64,000 nt of DNA. It comes from an uncultured Chloroflexia bacterium (GTDB lineage: Bacteria > Chloroflexota > Chloroflexia > Thermomicrobiales > UBA6265). The translations under genes and the position numbers were made by a program. Position 1 is the first letter of the stretch. The number at the start of each line of letters is the position of its first letter. The notes beneath the pieces are model-generated. The model saw nothing but the letters and a program-made list of their open reading frames with translations. It was not told the DNA's origin and did not search any database. Below, piece after piece: positions 1 through 10,057 of the stretch. The stretch is taken from positions 1,513,869-1,577,868 of the forward strand of contig CAVUKC010000002.1 in NCBI GenBank assembly GCA_963741965.1. Direction: 5' to 3'.

Positions 1-1252
1 CCGAGGGTACCGGCGTCGGCTCGACCGGTCCGGCCCGCCCGACGTTACGCTCGAACATGTAGCTGCCGTCCTGCAGCCGTGCCCAGGTGTCGGAGCCGCC
101 GTCGATGCGCTCCCCCTTCACCCAATCCACCACGGTGACTGCATCGCCGTACGGAATGGTGCTCAGGATACGGCCGTCGGTCGAGGGGTCGCTGCGAAGG
201 TTCGTCTCCGCCAGCGCGGCGCCCTGCCAAACGCTGGTGTCCCACTCGCCGCCGACCGCGACCGTCGGCAGCTGCTCCCGTGCCTTGAGGTAATCCGCCG
301 AGACATAGCCCGAGTAGCCGTCGGCATATCCCGGGATCCAGTCACCCGACGCGCCGGTGACGGCGATGAACTCCGCGTTGTCGTCCAGCACGGCGATCAC
401 CTCCGCGTCCATCGACGGCGAGGAGCGAAGCCGCAGCCCGTCGCTGGCGCTGACGAGGGTCGATGTGCCGAGCGTCGGCGGCGCCGGCAGGAACGCCGGG
501 TCGTTCTGGAGCCCAAGGTCCTCGACGATGCTGCGACCGACGGGCGACGCGCTCACCTTGCCGTTGCTGTCCGCGTCCAGCACGGCATGCGCGAACACCT
601 GCCGGGTGACGTTGTCGGCGCGGAACGGCTCCGAGCGCGGCAGCCCGTACAGCAACGCACCGCCACCGCTGGTCCACTGCGTGGCGATCGCGCCGGAGAC
701 GGTGTGTCCGGTGTCCGGAAAGAACTGACAATCGCTCAAGCCAGAGGCGCACCCGCTCACCGCCGTGCGTGCCGACGCCGGCGCGAGGCTGTTGATCGTG
801 GCGTCGCCGAGTGGCAACCCCTGTGTGACCCACTGCCCGTTCGCATCGGGTGCGTTGACGAGCACGATGCCCTCGAAGTACTGCTCGACGCCGCCGGTGT
901 CCGGGTTGAACCGCTCCTCCGAGAGCGGGTAGCCGACCACCTCGACCCCGCCGGCCTGGCGCCAAACCTCAAGGAAGGGATCGTCGATGTTGTGGCCGGT
1001 CTCGGCGTAGTACTCACCCGCCTGCTGCTGCGCGATCTGCTCGATCTGCCCCGAAGGCTGCCCCTCCGGCCCGATCGGCTGCGTCTCCGGCGCGGTGTCC
1101 GTGGGGGTCTGGCTCTCGCCCGGCTCGATCGGCTCGATCACCGGTGGCTGCTCCTGGGCGGCAATCGGCGATGCCAGCCCGGCAAGACCTAGCGCCGCGG
1201 TGCCCGTCACAAGGCGCCGCCGCGTGAGGCGGTGGGGATTCGGTTTCCTCAT
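1..1252 (-). CDS. Secreted SH3b-repeat protein with twin-arginine signal; the C-terminal end lies outside the window
   Basis: Hand translation of the minus frame from ATG at 1252 to the window edge shows no stop. The ORF is absent from the table because it runs off the edge. The N-terminus MRKPNPHRLTRRRLVTGTAALGLAGLASPIAAQ is Tat-like. It is followed by GYPLSEERF and FPDTGHTVSG modules and two SH3b-like segments (LRLRSSPSMDAEVIAVLDDNAEFIAV..GYVSADYL and LRSDPSTDGRILSTIPYGDAVTVVDW). Confidence 0.7.
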   Translation of the reverse strand, partial: MRKPNPHRLTRRRLVTGTAALGLAGLASPIAAQEQPPVIEPIEPGESQTPTDTAPETQPIGPEGQPSGQIEQIAQQQAGEYYAETGHNIDDPFLEVWRQAGGVEVVGYPLSEERFNPDTGGVEQYFEGIVLVNAPDANGQWVTQGLPLGDATINSLAPASARTAVSGCASGLSDCQFFPDTGHTVSGAIATQWTSGGGALLYGLPRSEPFRADNVTRQVFAHAVLDADSNGKVSASPVGRSIVEDLGLQNDPAFLPAPPTLGTSTLVSASDGLRLRSSPSMDAEVIAVLDDNAEFIAVTGASGDWIPGYADGYSGYVSADYLKAREQLPTVAVGGEWDTSVWQGAALAETNLRSDPSTDGRILSTIPYGDAVTVVDWVKGERIDGGSDTWARLQDGSYMFERNVGRAGPVEPTPVPS

Positions 1253-1333
1253 CAAGAGTCCTCCATCAATTCATCACAACGCGGCGAAGGTCCTTCATCG
1301 AGCGTGTTGGCCGCGTCGTCCGTACAATAATGT

Positions 1334-1351
1334 CAAACTCGCGCGAATTTG
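1334..1351. promoter_or_regulatory. Near-palindromic 18-mer CAAACTCGCGCGAATTTG in the divergent promoter region; possible operator
   Basis: The inverted symmetry around TCGCGCGA was read directly from the sequence. It sits in a locally AT-richer stretch between the divergent genes ending at 1252 and starting at 1460, and a TTGACG hexamer follows at 1356. Confidence 0.25.
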
Positions 1352-1459
1352 TCTCTTGACGTCCGGCCGACACGGCCGCACCGTGACAGTGCCGCCATTC
1401 CAGGCGGCCAGCCACTACCTTTGCTTACGCACAAGCGCACAGAAAGGTGTCTCCCCCTC

Positions 1460-2368
1460 ATGCCAGATCACGCGACCATGAATCGCGACGCCGTGCGGAT
1501 CGGCGCGGTGCTGCCGCAGATCGAGCTACCGGCTGACCCCGCAGCAGCTCGTCGCTATGCCGAGCATCTCGAGCGCGGCGGCTACGACCATCTGCTCGCC
1601 TACGACCACGTCCTCGGCGCGGACACCAGTGTGCGCCCGGGCTGGTCCGGTGCCTATTCCAGCGTTGACCCGTTTCTCGAAGTCCTCAGCTTCTTCTCGT
1701 GGGTTGCCGGGTTCACCAGCCGGCTGGAGCTTGCCACCGGCGTGCTGATCCTGCCGCAGCGCCAGACCGCCCTCGTCGCCAAGCAGGCGGCAACCCTCGA
1801 CCTCCTCTCCCAGGGCAGACTGCGGCTCGGCGTCGGCATCGGCTGGAACAAGGTGGAGTACGACGGGCTCAACGAGGACTTCCATACCCGTGGCAAGCGC
1901 ATGGAGGAGCAGATCGAGGTGATGCGGGCGCTCTGGCAGGAGCCGACGATCACCTTCGACGGGACATGGCATCACATCGACCATGCAGGCATCCTGCCAC
2001 TGCCAGTGCAGCGACCGATCCCAGTGTGGATTGGCGGCAGCGCCGAGGTCGCGATCCGGCGTGCGGCCCGTATCGCCGACGGCTTCTTCCCGCAGGGCGT
2101 CCCGGGCGAAAAGATGGACCGCATGATGGAGATCCTGTTCGACGAGCTCGACCGTGCCGGCCGCGATCGCTCCACGTTCGGCATCGAGGCGCGCATCACC
2201 GTGTCGAGCGGCACGCCGGACGAGTGGCGAGCGCAGGCGGCGAGATGGCAGAACTTCGGCGTCTCCCACATCTCGCTCAACACCATGAAGGGCGGGTACA
2301 GTGACATCGAGCAGCATTTGGAGGCGCTCGATCGCGGCCGCGAGGCCATTCGTCAGGAGATCGGCTGA
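1460..2368 (+). CDS. Luciferase-like (LLM class) flavin/F420-dependent oxidoreductase
   Basis: This is the C-terminal ~300 aa of ORF 1349..2368. IGAVLPQIELP..GGYDHLLAYDHVLGA..LPQRQTALVAKQAATLDLLSQGRLRLGVGIGWNKVEY is typical of the LLM family. ATG 1460 is preceded by AGAAAGGTG; ATG 1478 is an alternative start. Confidence 0.8.
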   Translation: MPDHATMNRDAVRIGAVLPQIELPADPAAARRYAEHLERGGYDHLLAYDHVLGADTSVRPGWSGAYSSVDPFLEVLSFFSWVAGFTSRLELATGVLILPQRQTALVAKQAATLDLLSQGRLRLGVGIGWNKVEYDGLNEDFHTRGKRMEEQIEVMRALWQEPTITFDGTWHHIDHAGILPLPVQRPIPVWIGGSAEVAIRRAARIADGFFPQGVPGEKMDRMMEILFDELDRAGRDRSTFGIEARITVSSGTPDEWRAQAARWQNFGVSHISLNTMKGGYSDIEQHLEALDRGREAIRQEIG

Positions 2369-2724
2369 TGAGCACGCGTGTCAGGAATGACGACCTGCCG
2401 GTGGAGCGCAGCCCGAGCGGTCTCGCCATCCGGCACCTGGTGTCGGGCACCACCGGGTCGACCGAGCTGTACGCCGGGCAGCTGTGGCTTGAGCCAAGCG
2501 AGCGCTTGATGCTGCACACGCACCCCGTCGAGGAGGTTCTGCTCTTCACGGGAGGGACCGGCGAGGTGTCGCTCAGCGGGAAGACGTGCCCTATCGAGGC
2601 TGGCGTCACCGTCCACATTCCGGCGGGCGAGGTTCACGGCATACACAACACCGGCGGCGACCGCCTGCAGCTCTTCTTCATCTTCCCCGGCAACACCTTC
2701 GCGCAGACGGACATTGTCGAATGA
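2368..2724 (+). CDS. Cupin domain protein
   Basis: 118 aa with cupin motifs (HTHPVEEVLLFTGGTGEV ... VHIPAGEVHGIHNTG). Its start overlaps the upstream stop (TGATG), which suggests translational coupling. Confidence 0.8.
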   Translation: MSTRVRNDDLPVERSPSGLAIRHLVSGTTGSTELYAGQLWLEPSERLMLHTHPVEEVLLFTGGTGEVSLSGKTCPIEAGVTVHIPAGEVHGIHNTGGDRLQLFFIFPGNTFAQTDIVE

Positions 2725-2766
2725 CTCGACACTACCCGCTGTTGCCACCGCGAGTGATCCGCCGTC

Positions 2767-3453
2767 GTGCCTGAACGCGCCATCGACCGTGGCCGCCGGC
2801 TGCTCTCCGGCATCCTGTTCCGGGCCGCCCGGAACGACCTGGTCGATCCCGTCGTGCGCGTCACGTTCGCGCACCTGTCAGCGTTCCTGCCGATCCGGCG
2901 AGTGGTCGACACCGATGTGATCGTCGGGTTCTACCACCCGAGACCGAGCTGGCCCATTCATATCCTGCTGGTGCCCAAGGTCGGTATCCCGAGTCTGCTG
3001 GATGCGACCCCAGCGCAGCTGCCCATCATCCTGGACGTGCTTCGGCAGGCTCGTGTGGCCTCCGAGACCATCTGTGGCGGCAACGGCGCCCGGAGCCTGA
3101 TCGTCAACGGCGGACGATATCAGGACGTCGGGCAACTCCACGCGCACCTCGTCTGCGGCGACGATGTGCATCCGTTCCTGCCGGTCGCTGGATCGATGGC
3201 GACCGGCACCACAGTTGACGTGTCTCCGCATCCGCATCCGGAGCGCCCGGTCCATCACGTGCTCCGGCTCGCGATTCCCGAGAACGCGAACACGGACAGC
3301 TACGTGCCATCGGAGACCCAGCTCGCGCTGTTGCTGGACGAGGTGCGAGCGCTGGTGGCGCAGCTCGATCTCGAGCAGCGCGGCTTCTCGCTCATCGCAA
3401 GCACCGCGGACCAGCGGCTCGACTACTCGTGCTTCCATCTCGTCTCCGGGTAG
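2767..3453 (+). CDS. HIT (histidine triad) family protein with a degenerate second half
   Basis: HILLVPKVGIPSLLD ... GQLHAHLV resembles the HIT HxHxH motif. A C-terminal extension (PHPHPERPVHHVLRL) looks like a decayed second HIT-like unit. The start is GTG and uncertain. Confidence 0.6.
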   Translation: MPERAIDRGRRLLSGILFRAARNDLVDPVVRVTFAHLSAFLPIRRVVDTDVIVGFYHPRPSWPIHILLVPKVGIPSLLDATPAQLPIILDVLRQARVASETICGGNGARSLIVNGGRYQDVGQLHAHLVCGDDVHPFLPVAGSMATGTTVDVSPHPHPERPVHHVLRLAIPENANTDSYVPSETQLALLLDEVRALVAQLDLEQRGFSLIASTADQRLDYSCFHLVSG

Positions 3454-3503
3454 CTTCGCCGCACTTGTCGCCATAGCTCGGGAAGATGCCCAAAGAATGA
3501 CTA

Positions 3504-3531
3504 CGCCCGGCCGGAGGGTTCCGGCCGGGCG
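3504..3531. terminator. GC-rich hairpin between convergent genes
   Basis: CGCCCGGCCGG-agggtt-CCGGCCGGGCG forms an 11-bp perfect stem. On the plus strand it is followed by a T-containing tract (CATGTGTTCTGGTT). Confidence 0.55.
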
Positions 3532-3558
3532 CATGTGTTCTGGTTGCCTGTGACGCGG

Positions 3559-4266
3559 CTAGTCGCTGCGCCGCATGCCGCTGACGAGCATCACGTAGTA
3601 CAGCAGCGTCAGCACCGAGGAGGCGAAGCCGGCGATGTACGTCCACGCCGCGGCGTCGAGCACGTTGGCCACGCCCTTGCTTTCCTCGCCGCCGCGCTGA
3701 CCGTTATCGACCAGCCCGACCTGCACCAGCGCCGCCTTCGCGCGCCGTGTGGCGTCGAACTCGACCGGCAGCGTCACCAGCGCGAACAGGGTTGACAGCG
3801 CGAAGAGCGCGACACCGGCCCACGCCAGTCCGACGATGCCGAGGAAAAACCCGGCAATCAGGACGATGAAGCCGAGGTTCGAGCCGAGCGTCACCGCCGG
3901 CACCAGCGCCGTGCGGAACTTCAGCGGCGCGTACGACTTCGCGTGCTGGATCGCGTGGCCGGCCTCGTGGGCCGCGATGCCGATCGCGGCGATCGACGGC
4001 ACGCCGTAGACACCTTGCGAGAGCCGCAGGGTGCGGTCACGCGGATCGTAGTGGTCGCTCAGCTCACCGGGAATCTGCTCGATCCGCACGTCCTGCAGCC
4101 CCTGGCTGTTCAGGACCTCGCGGGCGGCCTGCGCGCCGGTCACGTTGGCGCTGTTTCGCACCTTGGAGTACTTGCCGTAGTTGCCCTTCACCTTGCTCTG
4201 CGCCCATAGCATGAACAGCAGGCCGGGAAGCATGAACACGAAGTACATGGGGTCGAAGTAGAACAT
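3559..4266 (-). CDS. Membrane zinc metallopeptidase (putative neutral zinc metallopeptidase family)
   Basis: MFYFDPMYFVFMLPGLLFMLWAQSKVKGNYGKYSKV plus an HEAGHAIQH zinc motif and C-terminal TM helices. The start was moved to ATG 4266, inside table ORF 3559..4308. Confidence 0.85.
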   Translation of the reverse strand: MFYFDPMYFVFMLPGLLFMLWAQSKVKGNYGKYSKVRNSANVTGAQAAREVLNSQGLQDVRIEQIPGELSDHYDPRDRTLRLSQGVYGVPSIAAIGIAAHEAGHAIQHAKSYAPLKFRTALVPAVTLGSNLGFIVLIAGFFLGIVGLAWAGVALFALSTLFALVTLPVEFDATRRAKAALVQVGLVDNGQRGGEESKGVANVLDAAAWTYIAGFASSVLTLLYYVMLVSGMRRSD

Positions 4267-4516
4267 TGAGGTTTCCCGTTGTCTTTCTAGGCGCCTCAGC
4301 GACGCCAACCGGAGCCGACATCGTTGGCGACGTGCCAGTGGAGGGAATGGGTACCTCGCACGTACGTTTCTCGTACTATCGCTATTTTACTATGAAGGAC
4401 CGATCCACTGTAGCGTTCACGGTGCCGCCGACAACCCCGTTGTGGCGGGGTATCCTACCCTCTGGATGACGACCAGCCGGTGCCTCGGCGGCGCCTCTCG
4501 TCGGACGGGGAGAACT

Positions 4517-5602
4517 TTGACAAACGCACAGCACACCACAGCCACAAGCGAGCGCCAGTCGCTCCATGAACGCGCAGGAGCGGCGGTCGAGCGGGAGATC
4601 AGCGCGCTCCTGGACGAGCTCGACGGAAGCGCACCCCTCCTCCACCGGATGGCCAGGTATCACTTCGGGCTCGTTACGCCCGCGGGAGCACCGGTACCTC
4701 CCGAGGAGCAGGCACGCTTCCACGGCAAGCGCATGCGCCCCCTGCTCGCCGTCCTCGCCTGCGTCGCTGCCGGCGGCACAATCACGGAAGCCGCGCCGCT
4801 CGCCGCTGCGATCGAGCTGCTGCACAACTTCACCCTGATCCACGACGATATCCAGGATCGAAGTCCCAACCGGCGCCACCGCGCGGCGGTCTGGCGGGTA
4901 TGGGGCGACGCCCAGGCGATCAACGCCGGAGACGGCCTCTTCGCCGCCGCGCAGATCGGCGTCCTGCGCAGTGCATCTCCCCGCATTGGTGCGGAACAGC
5001 AGCTTGAGATCGCGCGCGCCTTCAACCGCATGACGATCGACATCGTCCGCGGTCAGGTGCTGGATCTCGGCTTCGAGGGCCAGAGCGCCACCACGCCAGA
5101 CGAGTATCTCGCCATGATTCGCGGCAAGACTGCCGCGATCGTGCAATTCTCGGCCTGGGCCGGGGCGCTGCTCGGTGGCGCCGACAGCTCCGCCGCCAGC
5201 GTGTACGGCCGGTTCGGCGAGGCGCTGGGCCTTGGTTTCCAGATCCGCGACGACGCCCTCGGCATCTGGGGCGTGGCCGCAGAAACCGGCAAGGACACGG
5301 CAGACGACATCCGTCGGCGCAAGCAGTCGCTGCCGCTGCTACTGCTGCGAGAGGCGGCAACCGACGCCGACCGCGAGGCGCTCCAGACCATCTTCGGCGG
5401 CGACCGCGTGACAGAGGAAGACGTCACCAGCGTTCTCGCAATGTTGGAGCGTTACGGCATCGAGGCGATGGTTGAGACGCGTGTGCGGACATACCACCGT
5501 GACGCGGTCCTCGCCCTCGATGCGCTCGCCCCGAGCGCCGAGCCGATAGCGCTGGCCGCGCTCCGGGCGCTCACCAGCCGAATGTCGAATCGCTCCGCCT
5601 GA
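4517..5602 (+). CDS. Polyprenyl (geranylgeranyl/farnesyl-type) diphosphate synthase
   Basis: Both aspartate-rich motifs are present: LIHDDIQDRS and FQIRDDALG. TTG 4517 is preceded by GGGGAG; the table start 4442 is also possible. Confidence 0.85.
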   Translation: MTNAQHTTATSERQSLHERAGAAVEREISALLDELDGSAPLLHRMARYHFGLVTPAGAPVPPEEQARFHGKRMRPLLAVLACVAAGGTITEAAPLAAAIELLHNFTLIHDDIQDRSPNRRHRAAVWRVWGDAQAINAGDGLFAAAQIGVLRSASPRIGAEQQLEIARAFNRMTIDIVRGQVLDLGFEGQSATTPDEYLAMIRGKTAAIVQFSAWAGALLGGADSSAASVYGRFGEALGLGFQIRDDALGIWGVAAETGKDTADDIRRRKQSLPLLLLREAATDADREALQTIFGGDRVTEEDVTSVLAMLERYGIEAMVETRVRTYHRDAVLALDALAPSAEPIALAALRALTSRMSNRSA

Positions 5603-5717
5603 CACCGATACCACCGGAGCGCCGCTGGTCGCATGCTAAACTGGCGCCATCTCACGTTTCGCATCCGCGGACCGCACGGGCCGCCACCGACGCGGCCCAG
5701 CTCAGGGAGAAGCGACC

Positions 5718-6311
5718 ATGGTGACGGCAGCCGGGCGCCTCAATTCGACCGTCCTCGAATACCTCAAGCGCGACCTGCTGCTGCGCGAGGGCCATTTCGA
5801 ATACCGTTCGGGACGCCATACCACTGCCCTGCTGGACCGCGACCGCCTGCTCGCGGATCCCGAGTCCGCCAGCCGCATGGGCTACGCGCTCGCCAAGGCG
5901 TTCTTCACCTCCAAGATCGACACCGTCGCCACACCGAGCATCTGGGGCGCGGCGCTGGCGCAGTGGATCGCCTACTTCCTGCAACCCCGCGCCAAGGTCG
6001 TACACGCCACCCCGACCCGTGGGGGCGTGCCGCACATCGCGGATAACCTGCAGCCGTTGATCGATGGCAGGAGAATCCTGCTCGTCGATAACCTTGTCGT
6101 CAGTGGCGAGACGCTGCGACAGTTTGGCGATGCGATCGAGGCACGTGGCGGGGAGATCATCGGCATCGGTACCCTCTGGGATCTGGCGGAGCCGGACATC
6201 GAGGGCCACGAGGTCTTTGGGCTCCTCAACGAGCTGTACCCGGCATGGATCCCCGAGAAGTGCCCACGCTGCAGTGAGTCGCACGATGACGTCGAGCAAA
6301 TCCCCTACTAG
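5718..6311 (+). CDS. Type I phosphoribosyltransferase (orotate PRTase-like)
   Basis: PRPP-binding loop RILLVDNLVVSGETL. The N-terminus REGHFEYRSGRHT resembles PyrE-like proteins. RBS AGGGAGAAG lies upstream of the ATG. Confidence 0.7.
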   Translation: MVTAAGRLNSTVLEYLKRDLLLREGHFEYRSGRHTTALLDRDRLLADPESASRMGYALAKAFFTSKIDTVATPSIWGAALAQWIAYFLQPRAKVVHATPTRGGVPHIADNLQPLIDGRRILLVDNLVVSGETLRQFGDAIEARGGEIIGIGTLWDLAEPDIEGHEVFGLLNELYPAWIPEKCPRCSESHDDVEQIPY

Positions 6312-6975
6312 GCGTGAGCCACCCACCAGCGGCACCGTGACGCGCGTCTCGCCGCAGCAGGCAACCGCCGAGCGGATGAACATCTACCTCGACGGCCGGT
6401 ACGCCTTCAGCATGAGCGTGCGCGCCCTCTCCGAGCATCCGGTGTCGGTTGGAGATCATCTCTCCAGGACCGATATCGAGCGTCTGCGCAACGCCGACGA
6501 GCCGGACCGTGCCATCAACACAGCGCTGAACCTGCTGACGCACCGCGGCCGCTCCGAGCGGGAGCTTCGCCAGCGCCTGCGGCAAAAGGGGTACACCGCT
6601 GCGGCAGTCGACGAGGCCATCCGCCGGGTCGCTGACTGGGGATACCTCGACGACGAGCAGTTCGCCGCGGCGTGGGTCGAGCAGCGCTCCAGCGGGCGGC
6701 CGCGCTCCCGGCGAGCCCTGGCGCACGAGCTGCGAGAGAAGGGCGTCGACCGGCAGATCATCGAGACCACGATCGAGGAAGCCGAGATCGACGAGCTGGC
6801 GGACGCGCGTCGGCTCGGTGCCGACAAGTGGCGCAAGGAGCGGTCGCAGGAGACCGACCGCCGTCGCCAGCGCACAGCGGGTTACCTCGCCCGTCGCGGG
6901 TACTCCTGGCAGATCGCGAAGCAGGTCATGGACGAGCTCGAGCGCGGCGAGGTCCCGGAGGACGACATGCCGTAG
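6286..6975 (+). CDS. recX: Recombination regulator RecX
   Basis: VTRVSPQQATAERMNIYLDGRYAFSM.. followed by repeated three-helix units (RSERELRQRLRQKGYTAAAVDEAIRRVADWGYLDDEQFAAAW). Only the last ~230 codons of table ORF 6064..6975 look real. ATG 6286 overlaps the preceding gene by 26 nt. Confidence 0.8.
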   Translation: MTSSKSPTRREPPTSGTVTRVSPQQATAERMNIYLDGRYAFSMSVRALSEHPVSVGDHLSRTDIERLRNADEPDRAINTALNLLTHRGRSERELRQRLRQKGYTAAAVDEAIRRVADWGYLDDEQFAAAWVEQRSSGRPRSRRALAHELREKGVDRQIIETTIEEAEIDELADARRLGADKWRKERSQETDRRRQRTAGYLARRGYSWQIAKQVMDELERGEVPEDDMP

Positions 6976-7539
6976 CTTTGGGCTGCATGAGATACCGCTC
7001 AACCTCCGTCACCCAATGGTGGGCCCGGTCCCTCCGCGGGCGGGCGGGGCACTTCCGTCGACGTCATCGTGATAGATGGGCATGGCCCGCTTCGCCAGCG
7101 AACTGCCGCGGAGGTGAGGTCGCGGTTCGGAAGCTGGCACGGGCGACGCGCCAGGGCACGGCGGCCCGGGCCCACCGACTCAGCGAAGCCCCGGCCAAAT
7201 CGGGGCAGAATCGCAGATTGCCGTACCCAACGTCGTGCTCCTTCGAAACACGTGCCGCGCACACAGTCGTCGCCCTCATGAACGTACGCCGTGTGGTACA
7301 GTGAAGGAGGCTGCGGGAGGACATACGTCACTCGGCGCCATCCCGATACCCCCTTGTTTGAGAAACGCATACGCGGCGGTCGCCTGTCATCGCCATCGAC
7401 GACAGACGACGCTACTGCATTGCCACGGATCCTGCGCCACTGTGCCCGCAGGGTCGTTTGACCATTGTTCCGAGCTACGGCGGTCTGGGCCGATTTTCCC
7501 GAGCCATACCGCACCGTTTCGGGGAGGAAGACACACACC

Positions 7540-9889
<2,350 letters not shown>

Positions 9890-9916
9890 CCATCAGTTGC
9901 TTCAGAATGAATCCAG

Positions 9917-9943
9917 ACGGGCCGACCCTTTGGGTCGGCCCGT
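9917..9943 (+). terminator. Intrinsic terminator after pyrG
   Basis: ACGGGCCGACCC-ttt-GGGTCGGCCCGT forms a 12-bp perfect stem, followed by TTTGTCATCTT. Confidence 0.7.
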
Positions 9944-10057
9944 TTGTCATCTTCGCTGCAAGCGTCGCCCAGTGGATGGGCCCGTGCCTCCGTGAGAGGC
10001 GCGAAATTGCCCACGATCGACGTGTGGCCGGTCCCCGCGGCACCAGCTGAGAGGGTC

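Noticed and set aside
7425-7460. Cobalamin riboswitch suspected from the GCCACTG heptamer
   Set aside because: Only the heptamer matches. There is no B12 box (AGYCMGG.GACCKGCC-like) and no GGGAA/GGTG..AA.TCC elements. The downstream gene (an MBL hydrolase) has no cobalamin link.
6976-7539. RNase P RNA, tmRNA or SRP RNA in the long spacer
   Set aside because: There is no GAGGAAAGTCC (RNase P) on either strand, no tRNA-like acceptor/T-arm end or GGGG..5' tmRNA signature, and the GGTTCGGAAGCTGGCAC stretch only loosely resembles the SRP GGAAGCAGC helix-8 motif. This is left as an unexplained spacer, not an RNA gene call.
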